DNA of 64,000 nt from Chloroflexota bacterium (GTDB taxonomy: Bacteria > Chloroflexota > UBA11872 > VXOZ01): assembly GCA_964291655.2 (NCBI GenBank), contig OZ219802.1, positions 2,208,001 to 2,272,000 of the forward strand, given 5' to 3'. Shown here piece after piece: positions 1 to 9,936 of this stretch. The position numbers and the translations under genes were made by a program. The notes beneath the pieces are model-generated. The model was not told the DNA's origin, searched no databases, and worked only from the letters and a program-made list of their open reading frames with translations. The stretch's first letter is position 1. Each line of letters begins with the position of its first letter.

Positions 1-99
1 GTCATAGATGCCACGCGTTCCATTCATGAGACCTGGGGAGAGGTGCAAAAAGTGGTGCAAGATAGACTGGCGGACTACGAGCCACCCAAGAAGAACTAA
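1..99 (+). CDS. 3' end of a thymidylate-kinase-like protein (partial; probable paralog of the next gene)
   Basis: Frame 1 reads VIDATRSIHETWGEVQKVVQDRLADYEPPKKN*, resembling the MVDATPGPKKIHREVSGIVSEYL C-terminus of the next ORF. Confidence 0.6.
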   Translation, partial: VIDATRSIHETWGEVQKVVQDRLADYEPPKKN

Positions 100-137
100 G
101 TGACTCGTGTGGAGCAGCCGCTGCTTAGCACATCTCG

Positions 138-1028
138 GTGGGTGGCAGGTTTGCGCGTTGCTGCCGCTTGAACCGGAACGGCCCGCAACAACGCCGCAAG
201 GCCGGACATACGACAAGCAATAATCAAGGGGATGAGGAAATTTCAACCACAATTCCAGCCCGCGCACGCTTTTATGGTTGCGGCTTGCCCTTGCTTGAGG
301 ATCTCGAACTCGGCGGCCCTCTCATCGTCATCGAGGGTTCAGACTGTTCCGGGCGCTCTACGCAAGCGGAGATGCTCAAAGAGTGGCTCGAGTCTCAGGG
401 ACACGCCGTAATGGAGATGGGCATTCGACGTTCAGACCTGCTGTCTAAGGCCATTTCCGCGGCAAAGCAGGGCAACCTGCTGGGCAAGACCACGCTGAGC
501 TTACTCTATGCCACCGACCTTGCCGATCAGTTGGAGAACCGCATCGTGCCCGCAATGCAAGCCGGCTTCGTAGTGCTCGCCGACCGCTATATCTACACGC
601 TTATGGCGCGGGACCTGGCGCGCGGCGCCGACCTAAAGTGGTTGAAGAGTCTCTTCGGCATCGCGCTCGAACCGGACTTGATCATCTATCTCGATGCGGA
701 GCCGGAAGTACTCTTCTACCGCACGCTGGCGAAGTATGGCGAGCTCAATTACTGGGAGTCCGGGATGGACTTGCAGATGGGCAGCAGCATGTTCGAGAGC
801 TTCCTGAAGTACCAAGCGTCGCTGCGCAAGAACTTTCACCGGCTCGCCAAAGAATACGGCTTCAGAATGGTTGATGCCACGCCCGGCCCGAAGAAGATTC
901 ACCGGGAGGTCAGTGGAATTGTCTCCGAGTACTTGGAGAATATGGTGCAGCAGCCGCCGCGTCTCGCTCAAACTGAGGTGCAAAGCGTAAGCACCGCTAA
1001 CCGGCGAGTTCGCGTAGAAGAAGGCTAA
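138..1028 (+). CDS. Thymidylate kinase-like P-loop protein (true start probably downstream, near 240)
   Basis: IVIEGSDCSGRSTQ P-loop variant, LADRY motif, PDLIIYLD typical of the dTMP kinase family. Confidence 0.85.
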   Translation: MGGRFARCCRLNRNGPQQRRKAGHTTSNNQGDEEISTTIPARARFYGCGLPLLEDLELGGPLIVIEGSDCSGRSTQAEMLKEWLESQGHAVMEMGIRRSDLLSKAISAAKQGNLLGKTTLSLLYATDLADQLENRIVPAMQAGFVVLADRYIYTLMARDLARGADLKWLKSLFGIALEPDLIIYLDAEPEVLFYRTLAKYGELNYWESGMDLQMGSSMFESFLKYQASLRKNFHRLAKEYGFRMVDATPGPKKIHREVSGIVSEYLENMVQQPPRLAQTEVQSVSTANRRVRVEEG

Positions 1029-1401
1029 CCCGCTCCTCGATTTGGTCGCGAATCTTCCGCACCACGGCCGGCGGCTGCCCGCTGGGATTGGGAAGCCCCC
1101 AGTCTTCTACGGGCGTATGCACTACCGGGCACGACTCCTCGATGTCGCAGCCCATTGTGATGATCCGATCTGCCCAGTCCGCTAGTTCCTGCGTCAAAAG
1201 CTTGGGCGCGTGCGCAGCGAGGCTGATGCCGCGCTCTGCCATTACCTCCACGGCAAGAGGATTCACCTGCTCGCCCGGTTCCGTGCCCGCAGAACGCGCC
1301 TCCACGCTGCCGTCAGCAAGGTGACGGAGCAACGCCTCCGCCATTTGACTGCGTCCGGCATTGTGCACACAGACAAACAGCACGCGTGTCACTTCAGGCA
1401 T
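997..1401 (-). CDS. arsC: Arsenate reductase, LMW-PTPase family
   Basis: VLFVCVHNAGRSQMAEA active-site loop, TMGC...CP, EDWGLPNP. Confidence 0.9.
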   Translation of the reverse strand: MPEVTRVLFVCVHNAGRSQMAEALLRHLADGSVEARSAGTEPGEQVNPLAVEVMAERGISLAAHAPKLLTQELADWADRIITMGCDIEESCPVVHTPVEDWGLPNPSGQPPAVVRKIRDQIEERVSLLLRELAG

Positions 1402-1537
1402 CTCCTATCGCGCGGACTAAGCGGGATTCCAGACTGCGACCGTGTGTCAGGTGCGGCGCGTGAGATTTACCGTCTCAAGACGCCCCGTCTCCTGGCGCTG
1501 CTCGATCTCCCTTTCCGCTTCTCCACGGCAGTAGACC

Positions 1538-2203
1538 TTACTGTTTCGAGAGGTTGAGGTCCAGCATCTTGCCGGTTACCAGGTAGATTACCCGCTCGGC
1601 AATGTTCGTTGCGCGGTCTGCCGTGCGCTCCAAGTCATGCGTCACCCAGAGCAGGTACGTGGCGCGCTGAATGCTCTGCGGGTCTTTGATCATGAACAGG
1701 AGCAGTTCGTTGTAGATCTGCTCGTGGAGCGCATCCACCTCATCATCGGCGTCGCACACCCTTCTGGCCAGGTCCACGTCCCGGGTCACGAGCGAGTCGA
1801 TGCTTTGGCGGAGCATGTTGATGGACATCTCCGCCATGCGCGGGATGTCGATGAGGGGTTTGAGCGGCGGCTCATCGCCCATCATGAGGCTAATTTTGCC
1901 GATGCCTTCCGCATAGTCGCCCATGCGCTCCAGCTCCACCGCAATGTGGAGCAGAGCAATGACCCAGCGCAAGTCGCGGGCTGCGGGTTGTTGGGTGGCA
2001 AGCAGATCGACGCAGCGTTCTTCGATGGCAAAGCGCTTCTCGTCGATCACGTCATCGAACGCCACGACGGCTTGCGACGCCCCCAGGTCGCGCTCCCGCA
2101 AGGCTTCGATTGCGTGCGTGATGGCCTTCTCCACCATGCTTGCAAGGGCGAGGATGTCATCCTGAATCTCGTCCAGTTGACTCTCGACATTCGTGCGCAC
2201 CAT
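1538..2203 (-). CDS. phoU: Phosphate signalling complex protein PhoU
   Basis: QQPAARDLR, ELERMGDYA, DDEVD, DLERTADRATNIAE motifs; ATG at 2203 with GGGGG RBS. Confidence 0.95.
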   Translation of the reverse strand: MVRTNVESQLDEIQDDILALASMVEKAITHAIEALRERDLGASQAVVAFDDVIDEKRFAIEERCVDLLATQQPAARDLRWVIALLHIAVELERMGDYAEGIGKISLMMGDEPPLKPLIDIPRMAEMSINMLRQSIDSLVTRDVDLARRVCDADDEVDALHEQIYNELLLFMIKDPQSIQRATYLLWVTHDLERTADRATNIAERVIYLVTGKMLDLNLSKQ

Positions 2204-2483
2204 GGCGGTCCCCCTTTCCACTGTTGCTCGCAAGTCCCTTGAAAACTGGGCTTCGTCTCTCACGCGAGCGGGTCTTTCTCTGCTCTGTTCGGCACATGTG
2301 CAGCCGGTGTTCGCTAAGACAAGAGTACCAAGAACATTGGGTACTCTTGTTGCTACACTTCATCCTCGCCTGTTGTCAGTTGATCGGTGAATCCCTTATC
2401 CTCAGAGCTTCTCAGGTTCATCATACAATCTTGACACGCCTTTTGCACATCCTGCAATGACGCAGGCCGCACGCTGTCGGCGT

Positions 2484-2753
2484 TTACACGTGGCTCGAGA
2501 TGTACTCGATCGGCTCGACGTGGTCACAGGACTCCCGGCCGGCTACCGCATTGCAGAGCGGACAGCGCCAGTAGCAGGTTTCCCGCAGAATCGTCGCGGG
2601 ATGCTCGATGAAGTGGTCCCTGACGCGGTCCTGCGTGAGATTCACTTCTGTTTCGCAATGCGGACACAGCCACGTTCGCTGTTCGTCCCGCAGAATTGTG
2701 CTCAGGCTTTCATCATCAAACCGGGCCGGCTCCGTAAGTGCTCCCTTTGCCAT
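2484..2753 (-). CDS. Small hypothetical protein with CxxC pairs (possible zinc ribbon)
   Basis: CPHC and CPLC motifs; GGAGG before ATG at 2753. Confidence 0.5.
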   Translation of the reverse strand: MAKGALTEPARFDDESLSTILRDEQRTWLCPHCETEVNLTQDRVRDHFIEHPATILRETCYWRCPLCNAVAGRESCDHVEPIEYISSHV

Positions 2754-2930
2754 GGGGCATGCCTCCATTCTCTCTACTGCTCCGTGCGCCACACGCGCAC
2801 GTTTCTTTTCGTTCATTGCTTCACTGTCGAGCATAACGCCGGGGCATGTACAGAGCGTTAGCGCAGAGTGTACAGCGTGTGAACGTGGGGGAGTGCGCAG
2901 ATCCTGGCACGGCGCCGCGAAGAATCCTAT

Positions 2931-2958
2931 GTAGGGGCACGACATGTCGTGCCCCTAC
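2931..2958. repeat. GTAG-type REP palindrome (family B)
   Basis: Perfect 28-bp palindrome GTAGGGGCACGACATGTCGTGCCCCTAC; related copies at 14743 and 39748. Confidence 0.85.
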
Positions 2959-2979
2959 GCAACCGCATTGACCACGCGT

Positions 2980-4758
2980 TCACATGGCGCTCTGCTCGGT
3001 CACGGCGGGGAGGACCACCGTAAAGGTCGTGCCCTGCCCTTCCACGCTCTCCGCGTGGATTTCGCCGCCGTGGGCTTGCACGATGTGCTTGACGATAGCC
3101 AGCCCCAGACCGAATCCCTTGCTTTGACGCGAACGGTCTACTTTGTAGAAGCGTTCGAAAATGTGGGGCAGGTGCTTCCTGGGAATGCCAACGCCCGTAT
3201 CGGCCACCCGCAGGCAGACTGTGCCATTCTCCTGTTGTGCAGAGAGAGAGATGCGGCCGTCCTCGGGGGTAAACGCAACTGCATTATTCAGCAGATTGTC
3301 CAACACTTGACGCAGCTTCTCTTCGTCGCCGCGGACGCGGGGCAGTTGTTGCGGGAGTGTGACGTCGAGTACAATCTTGCGTTTTTCCGATCGCTCCCGA
3401 TGTTCTTCATCCAGCTCGGCAATCAATGGTTGCAAGTCGAGCGGCACGAGTTGCAGACTCGCCTGTTCGCTTTCGAGACGCGAGAGCTCCATCAGTTCAT
3501 TTACCATGGCGGTCATGCGATCTATCTCACTATTGATGCGGCGCAGGAAGTCTTTTGCGCGCTTCTTTTCCTTGAGAGCGCCGCTCGCCAGGGATTCCGC
3601 CAGAATCTTCACCGCCGCCAGCGGCCCGCGCAACTCATGCGAAACATTGCTCACAAACTCTTTGCGGGTGGTCTCTACTTGGCGAATGCGCGTTAGGTCG
3701 TGCATCGTCAGCAATACACTGGAATTGCCGTGCTCCTCCAAGGGCGTGGTAATGACGCTCAGGTAGCGGCGCCATTGCGGGATTTCCACTTCCCCATGCT
3801 GGACCTCGCGCCGCTCCGTGCAGCGGGCGACGAGCTGCTGCAGGTTGTGGTCGCGGATGATTTCGGTGAAGCGGCGGCCCGGCATGTCGCCAGCCGCAAG
3901 GTTGAGAATCTCTTCCGCGGCGTGGTTTACCAGCACAATTGTGCCGTTGCCGTCGATGACGACGACACCGTCGGCCATCGTGTTGAGCACTGCCGTCAGC
4001 TTGCCTCGTTCCACGGAAAAGTCGCGCACCAGGTCGCGCAGAGACATCGCCATGCGGTTGAATGCCTGGGCAAGCTCCTGGGTCTCGTCGCTCCCCTGGG
4101 CCTGCACGCGATAGTCGAAATCGCCGGCAGTGATTTGGCGGGCACCCTCGGCAAGCGCGCCGATAGAACGAGACGTGCGCGACGCGACGCTGAAGCCCAA
4201 GAGCACCGCAAGGGCTGCACCGGTCAGGCCTATCAGCGCGATGATGCTCATGCTGCGGTTGATATCCGCTTGTGCCTGCGCCATCGGCAAGGCAACCCGC
4301 GCCACGCCGAGGGTCTCATCCCCGGCGATGACGGGGACCGCTACGTGGATGAGTTCCTCACCCGCGGTGCCGTTGCGCCGCCTGCTGACGCCCACTCCGG
4401 CACTTAATGCACGCTCAACCTCCGGTAGATGGGCCTGATTTGCCATCTGTGCCGGGTCTCCCCAACTATCTGCGAGCGTGGCGCCGTCAAGGGCGATAAG
4501 GGTAACGCGAGCGGAAATGCTGTCACCCATGCGCTCGCTTGCCGCCTGGAGCGCGCCGGTGTCCGCTTCGGCGAGAAAGAAGTGAGCGCTGGCTTCGGCA
4601 ACCAAGCGCGCCTCGTGCTGCAAACGCGTCTCGAGATTGGTTAAGTGGGCGCTACGGACGAACGTGACGAGATAGAAGCTGGCTACACCCAGCGTAAGAA
4701 CGATCAACGCAGTGTAGACAAGCGTGATGCGCCATTGCAGAGATCGTGGAAACTTCAT
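2980..4758 (-). CDS. phoR: Sensor histidine kinase (2 TM, HAMP, PAS, HisKA, HATPase), PhoR-like
   Basis: FVSNVSHELRGPL H-box, NLLNNA, DTGVGI, FERFYKVD, GLGLAI; adjacent to phoU. Confidence 0.85.
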   Translation of the reverse strand: MKFPRSLQWRITLVYTALIVLTLGVASFYLVTFVRSAHLTNLETRLQHEARLVAEASAHFFLAEADTGALQAASERMGDSISARVTLIALDGATLADSWGDPAQMANQAHLPEVERALSAGVGVSRRRNGTAGEELIHVAVPVIAGDETLGVARVALPMAQAQADINRSMSIIALIGLTGAALAVLLGFSVASRTSRSIGALAEGARQITAGDFDYRVQAQGSDETQELAQAFNRMAMSLRDLVRDFSVERGKLTAVLNTMADGVVVIDGNGTIVLVNHAAEEILNLAAGDMPGRRFTEIIRDHNLQQLVARCTERREVQHGEVEIPQWRRYLSVITTPLEEHGNSSVLLTMHDLTRIRQVETTRKEFVSNVSHELRGPLAAVKILAESLASGALKEKKRAKDFLRRINSEIDRMTAMVNELMELSRLESEQASLQLVPLDLQPLIAELDEEHRERSEKRKIVLDVTLPQQLPRVRGDEEKLRQVLDNLLNNAVAFTPEDGRISLSAQQENGTVCLRVADTGVGIPRKHLPHIFERFYKVDRSRQSKGFGLGLAIVKHIVQAHGGEIHAESVEGQGTTFTVVLPAVTEQSAM

Positions 4759-5477
4759 CCCTCAAACCGGTAGCCAACGCCACGGACGGTGACGATACGG
4801 GTGGGTTCACTGGGGTCTGTTTCAATTTTTTCCCGCAGTCGCCGCACGTGTACGTCTACAGTGCGATTGTCGCCGACCCAATCGAAGCCCCATATGCGCT
4901 CGAGTATCTGGTCCCGGGTAAAGACCCGGTTGTGGCTGGACATGAGGAGCGCCAGCAGACTGAATTCCTTGGGCTTGAGCGCGAGAATTTGCTCGCCAAG
5001 ACTTGCAGAGTGACTGGAGAGGTTTAGCTGGAGGTCTCCGGCATTAAGCACGGTTGCCGAATCGGCGGCAGGAAGGCCGTCGCCAGTCGACCGCGTGCGA
5101 CGGCGCACCGCGCGAATGCGGGCCAGCAACTCCCGCGTGCTAAAGGGCTTAACGACGTAATCATCCGCTCCCAATTCGAGGCCAACGACGCGATCTACCT
5201 CTTCACCCTTGGCCGTAAGAATGATTATCGGCGCCGTGGTCTCCCGCCGCATGATGCGGCATACCTCTAAGCCGTCAAGCACCGGCAGCATGATGTCGAG
5301 GATGATGAGATCCGGTTCGACTTCCCGCGCCAGGTTCAGCCCTTCCTCGCCATCCATCGCGCTATGCACGACGTAACCGTCCTGCTCCAGGCGGTAACGC
5401 AACGCCTCCTGCAGATTGTCGTCGTCTTCTATGATGAGCACTTTTTCGCGTGGCAATTGTCTCTCCTCGGCCGTCAC
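4755..5477 (-). CDS. phoB: OmpR/PhoB-family response regulator
   Basis: IIEDD, LDIMLP, TAK, GADDYVVKPF, RTVDVHVRRLREKIE, VRGVGY; overlaps the kinase by 4 nt. Confidence 0.85.
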   Translation of the reverse strand: MTAEERQLPREKVLIIEDDDNLQEALRYRLEQDGYVVHSAMDGEEGLNLAREVEPDLIILDIMLPVLDGLEVCRIMRRETTAPIIILTAKGEEVDRVVGLELGADDYVVKPFSTRELLARIRAVRRRTRSTGDGLPAADSATVLNAGDLQLNLSSHSASLGEQILALKPKEFSLLALLMSSHNRVFTRDQILERIWGFDWVGDNRTVDVHVRRLREKIETDPSEPTRIVTVRGVGYRFEG

Positions 5478-5834
5478 GCTTCCTCGATGCGCAGCACTCT
5501 GTTGCCGTTCTCGTGGGTACTCGCGCCCGCTTCGCCTCTATTATGTCACACGTTAGATTGGCCGGGCAGGCGTGCCGCCATGTGAGAGTTTCTTCGACAT
5601 CTGGGAATGGCAGCCGACGACCAACACGACCTATCTCCTCGCACACTCGCCTCTCTGAGAAGCCTGTACTCGATCTTGGCAAGCGGTAGCCGCTGCATAT
5701 CACGCGGCCAAAGCTTGTTTGTCGCCCGCCGCCGCGCGACCTTCTCTACCCGAGGCTCTCGTATCGAGGCACGGGGCAGGCTGAGCGAAATTCTGCCCTG
5801 AATCTGGGAATGGTCTGCACCGGCGCCAATGCTC

Positions 5835-5868
5835 CCCTCATCCCGACCCTCTCCCCAGGGTGAAGGAG
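5835..5868. repeat. Degenerate BoxC-like repeat
   Basis: CCCTCATCCCGACCCTCTCCCCAGGGTGAAGGAG. Confidence 0.6.
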
Positions 5869-6295
5869 TTTGCATTGCGACAGGTTTGGGAATTTCATTG
5901 CTTTGGAAGTCCGCGCATGCCCTATGCCTCAATGCGTGGGTATCCGAAGGGGGTGCGTCATAGGGTGATTGTTGAAACCACCCTATGACGAAGGGCAAGG
6001 CCTACGCAATGGTGGGCCTCAGGTGGCATCTCCAATACTACGTCTGCCACGTTAGGAGCACGTTACCCAACTATGAATAGAAGGTTTAAACCTGGGAAGA
6101 TCCCGGCGCCCACCGCGTGTAGCTGGAGGATGAGCGTCAGGGCTGGCCTGTCGGTAGTCACTGTGGCGGAAGCCGGAGTTCAGAGACGCAGAGAAGTTGG
6201 ATTCCGGCCCCATACGTGATACGGGTCCGACTCTGCGCCTGAACGACAGAACCGGGCGATCTCTACGACTTCCTACTGTCGCCGACTCGCGCGGT

Positions 6296-6440
6296 GCCAA
6301 GTGGAGGCTATCGCCTAAGAGTATTAGCGTGGCCTTTACATCCAGCGCGGCGACCGAAGAGCTATGCCACAAGATGCGCGCCGCCTACGAGAAGTGGAAG
6401 AACCATCACGGGACATGTGCGCCATCGCATTCGGCGACGG
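6296..6440 (+). pseudogene. 3' remnant of a methyltransferase paralog
   Basis: KWRLSPKSISVAFTSSAATEELCHKMRAAYEKWK aligns with QWFLSPEITEAAIKYGAATQELCDEIRVAYDKWK of 6951..7784. Confidence 0.75.
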
Positions 6441-6808
6441 CCTCACCCGGAAGCCATGGCTCTGATCACAATCTCGCATAGGGCTTGCCCCGTAGGCAAG
6501 ACGGAGCTGGAGTCTCGTGTGCGGTAGAGGTGGATTCCTGCTGGAGCCGGAAGGATTGATTTGACCGTCTCTTGCTTTCCCGGGCAGTTCGTGGATCGAC
6601 GAATCTGTCAATGAATTTGTCAACACGTACAATTCCAAGCGCGGCGAGATTTCTAGAATGCCTGTTCGACTTGTACTGTCACCGCGCGTCTCAGAGCGGA
6701 TAGGTCGAGGAACCGCTTTAGGCGTGAGTGTGTGCGGTGCTTTGCCTATCAGCACGATCATACTGGCACATGATAGTCTTAAGATACTAGTTCTTATGTA
6801 ATTGCCTC

Positions 6809-6837
6809 TTGACTGTAAGCTGAAGTCTATCTACATT
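6809..6837 (+). promoter_or_regulatory. Sigma70-type promoter (distal)
   Basis: TTGACT-17 bp-TACATT in an AT-rich region. Confidence 0.5.
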
Positions 6838-6903
6838 AAGTAGTATCCATGGTCATACCTGTACCTTGTAGTTTAAAACTACTAGTTATTAGGTAGACAT
6901 GGA

Positions 6904-6932
6904 TTGACAGTACTCTGGAGACAGTTTACAAT
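6904..6932 (+). promoter_or_regulatory. Sigma70-type promoter of the methyltransferase gene
   Basis: TTGACA-17 bp-TACAAT. Confidence 0.75.
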
Positions 6933-6950
6933 TGGCAATACCGATGAAGG

Positions 6951-7784
6951 ATGTGGATAGTTGTGAGTGAACCGCTACCTACAACGCCTGACTATACGAT
7001 GGGCTTTAGTGAAGAGATGCTCGAGTCTCTTCGGCGCTACAACGTGGAAGCCAGCGCCAAGCACCTACGCCCCTATCTCCGGCCCGGTCTGCGTGTGCTC
7101 GACTTCGGTTGCGGGCCGGGTACCATATCGGTGGGTCTGGCCAAGGCCGTCGACCCCGGTGAACTGCATGGCGTCGATATGGAAGAGTCGCAGGTCGAAC
7201 TGGCGCGCTCTGTCGTCGCGGCCTATGGACAGGATAATGCCGAATTCCATGTTGGCGACGTGGCCAATATGCACTTCGAGGACGGCTACTTTGACGTGGC
7301 CCACTGCCATAACGTGCTCATGCACATCCCGGATACGCAAGCAGTGCTGGGCGAGGTGAACCGTGTCTTGAAGTCCGGCGGTATCATTTCCTGCCGTGAG
7401 ATGATATGCGAGTCAAGTTTCACGCATCCCGATTTTGGCGTAATCAGAAACGCGTGGGAAATGTTTGCGGATCTGATCGAGGCTGACGACGGCCATCCAC
7501 AGATTGGGAAGGCTCTGAAGGACCACGTCCTGAAGGCCGGGTTTGCGAACCCCTACATAACCGCTACCACCGATGTCTACGGCACGCCCAGGGATGTCGC
7601 GTTCATCCACGCCTTTGCCAACCAGTGGTTCTTGTCGCCAGAAATCACGGAAGCGGCCATCAAGTACGGGGCGGCCACGCAAGAACTTTGCGATGAGATA
7701 CGCGTCGCCTATGACAAGTGGAAGGATGCGCCCGGGGCGATTTGCGGCGTCGCATTTGGCGAGGTCGTAGCTAGTAAGCCGTAA
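6951..7784 (+). CDS. Class I SAM-dependent methyltransferase
   Basis: VLDFGCGPG motif I, GVDME, FDVAHCHNVLMH, LKSGG. Confidence 0.9.
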   Translation: MWIVVSEPLPTTPDYTMGFSEEMLESLRRYNVEASAKHLRPYLRPGLRVLDFGCGPGTISVGLAKAVDPGELHGVDMEESQVELARSVVAAYGQDNAEFHVGDVANMHFEDGYFDVAHCHNVLMHIPDTQAVLGEVNRVLKSGGIISCREMICESSFTHPDFGVIRNAWEMFADLIEADDGHPQIGKALKDHVLKAGFANPYITATTDVYGTPRDVAFIHAFANQWFLSPEITEAAIKYGAATQELCDEIRVAYDKWKDAPGAICGVAFGEVVASKP

Positions 7785-7818
7785 TCCTACACCAGCTACC
7801 GGCCCATCCCTCCCCAAG

Positions 7819-8025
7819 GAGACCTTTGCACAACCCACGCCGGCGCGGAAAAGTCCCCTCTCCCGGCGGGAGAGGGTTAGAGCCTGCCCCGTACTCGATA
7901 CGGGGGTGAGGGGGAGATTCCCGCATTCTGGGAGCTTTTTCCCGCTATTGCACTCCTGTATATCGGTCTTGCTGGTAAAGAGGATGGGGTAAGCAGAAAT
8001 CCCCTCACCCCGGCCCTCTCCCCGA
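7819..8025. repeat. BoxC-doublet MITE (left part), interrupted by IS1182
   Basis: Starts GAGACCTTTGCA; two inverted BoxC arms with an 86-bp spacer; reverse-complement homolog of 47839-48046 and 33208-33438. Confidence 0.8.
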
Positions 8026-9583
8026 TAGGCTGTCTCAATATTTTGGTGCGGGGCACGGTGAATGGGGTGAGAAGGACAGACAGATGGCGGGTGGTATGAA
8101 CAAGACGGTGCCAGTGAGAGACTCGTCCCCGGGGCGACGCTGGACTACACCCAGACCGCCACAGGGCGTGGAGGCTCTTGAGATTGAACGCGGTGGCCAG
8201 CAGGTGCCATTCGGACGTCACGTGGCTGCGGCCTCTGAGCAGGAAGCGCCTGGCACTGTGCCACTCCTTGAGCAGGCCAAAGACCGGCTCGACGATGGTA
8301 CTCCGGCGGCGGTACACCTGCTTGGCAGGCGCGGTGGCCATCAACTGCCTGTGCCGTTGCAGTATTGGCTCGTAGGCGCTGATCTTTATGGAGCGGCCCC
8401 TCTGGGAGGAGGTGCAGACGCCGAAGGCCGGACAGGTTCTGCAGTCCCGGCCGTTGGCTTGGTACCGCTTGACCCGGTAGCCGTTGCTGTGGGTCAAGCG
8501 GTGCGTGTAGGTGAGCACCTTTTGCTGGGGACACAGGTAGGTGTCGGTCTCTGGACGGTAGGTGAAGTGGTCTTTATGGTAGGGGTTGCGGCGTCTGCGC
8601 TCGTGGGTCGTGGGCATCAATACCGTGTGGCCGCCGGCGTGGCACGTGGCGAGGTTGGCCCCCGAATGGTAGCCGGCGTCCGCAACGGTCACCACGTCCC
8701 GCGCGGCGTCGATGTTCTCCTGCGCCGCCTCGATCAGCGGCGCCAGGTGGGGATGGTCGTCGGCACTGGCGCTCACGTCCACGGCTGTGATCAACCTCCC
8801 CCCTGCGCCCTCGTCCGGGGACGCAAGAGGGGAGACCAGCGCCTGGGCGTTGTAGCCGGTGATGAAGCCACCCATGCCAGTCTTGAGCAGGGCCGCGTCC
8901 GCATCAGTCAGGTTCGTGTAGCGCGGCCCGTCCTCAGCCGCGACGCGGGCGAGCGCGTCGTCCACCCGCCGCCGCAGGGCCTGGGCATCGGCAAGTTCCT
9001 GCGGCAAAGTCGCTGGCGGCGCGTCGCCCCCCGTGGCGTTCTGCGCCTCCAGGTCCGCGATCGCTTGCTCGGTGCGGGACAACAGCCGCTGCAGCCCCTG
9101 CGCGTCGTGGGTATGCCGCGTCCCGGCGTTGGCCGCGATCCTGGTGCCGTCCACCGCCTGGATTGCCAACTCCACCAGGCCGGCTCGCACCGCCGTGCGC
9201 ACCGTGCGCTTGAGCAGCGTCCGCATCCGGTCGCGGTGCGCCTTGTAGAAGCGCCACAGCGTGTTGTGGTCCGGCTGCTGCATCCCCACCAGCCACAGGT
9301 ACGGTACCTGATCCCGGCAGGCTGCCTCCAGCTTGCGGCTCGAGCGCACGCCGGTCATGAAGCCGTAGACCCATACGCCCAGCAGCGCGCGCGGATGGTA
9401 GGCCCCGGCGCCACGCGGATCGCCTTGCAGGTCAATCTCCATCGCCTCCCAGGCCGCAGCATCGAGGCTGTCCACGAACGCTGCCGCAAACCTGACAGGA
9501 TGGTCGTCCGGGATCAGTTCGTCCAGCGTCGGCGGCAACAGCCAGGCCTGTTCACGACTAAACGGTCTCAACGGCATCGTCAC
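7877..9583 (-). CDS. IS1182-family DDE transposase (reads through the IS end)
   Basis: LLPP..ELIPDDHPVR, AYHPRALL, SSRKLE, PDHNTL, AVDGT, GYNAQ, ADAGY, YRRRSTIVEPVFG. Confidence 0.92.
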   Translation of the reverse strand: MTMPLRPFSREQAWLLPPTLDELIPDDHPVRFAAAFVDSLDAAAWEAMEIDLQGDPRGAGAYHPRALLGVWVYGFMTGVRSSRKLEAACRDQVPYLWLVGMQQPDHNTLWRFYKAHRDRMRTLLKRTVRTAVRAGLVELAIQAVDGTRIAANAGTRHTHDAQGLQRLLSRTEQAIADLEAQNATGGDAPPATLPQELADAQALRRRVDDALARVAAEDGPRYTNLTDADAALLKTGMGGFITGYNAQALVSPLASPDEGAGGRLITAVDVSASADDHPHLAPLIEAAQENIDAARDVVTVADAGYHSGANLATCHAGGHTVLMPTTHERRRRNPYHKDHFTYRPETDTYLCPQQKVLTYTHRLTHSNGYRVKRYQANGRDCRTCPAFGVCTSSQRGRSIKISAYEPILQRHRQLMATAPAKQVYRRRSTIVEPVFGLLKEWHSARRFLLRGRSHVTSEWHLLATAFNLKSLHALWRSGCSPASPRGRVSHWHRLVHTTRHLSVLLTPFTVPRTKILRQPIGERAGVRGFLLTPSSLPARPIYRSAIAGKSSQNAGISPSPPYRVRGRL

Positions 9584-9669
9584 TACCTCTCTACAAACTA
9601 TCCCACCACCTCACCTTGCTTCTCTTCACACCAGTATATATCCAGTAGATCTATTTTTGAGACACCCTC
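8026..9669 (-). mobile_element. IS1182-family insertion sequence, copy 1 (1644 bp)
   Basis: Imperfect TIRs AGGCTGTCTCAATA / TTTTGAGACACCCTC; 4-bp DR CCGA; apparently identical to 46031-47674. Confidence 0.9.
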
Positions 9670-9936
9670 CCGAGGAGAGGGTGCAGAGCGCGGAGCCGAG
9701 TGAACATGGAGCCGCTCCGGTTCCCTCTCCGGCGGGAGAGGGTTAGAGCCTGCCCCGTACACGATACAACGTATCGGCACGATACGGGGGTATACCTTGG
9801 GAGAAGCCGATGTGGTCCGCCTGACAGGGCGCGTCAGAACCTTTTCGATCTCTCCCGTGCGTCGCTTGCCCGGGTAGGAAAAGGTGGCCTAGCGCTTTCT
9901 CCCGACTGGGCGTTGGCGCGCGGCGTTTGCGAACGC

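Noticed and set aside
2400-2460. PHO box upstream of phoU
   Set aside because: Only weak TTGACA/TTGCAC-like repeats; not supportable by eye
8084-9703. 539-aa ORF antisense to IS1182 (also 46089..47699), and similar long antisense ORFs such as 39879..41495 and 14855..16210
   Set aside because: Shadow ORFs of high-GC genes with no recognisable motifs
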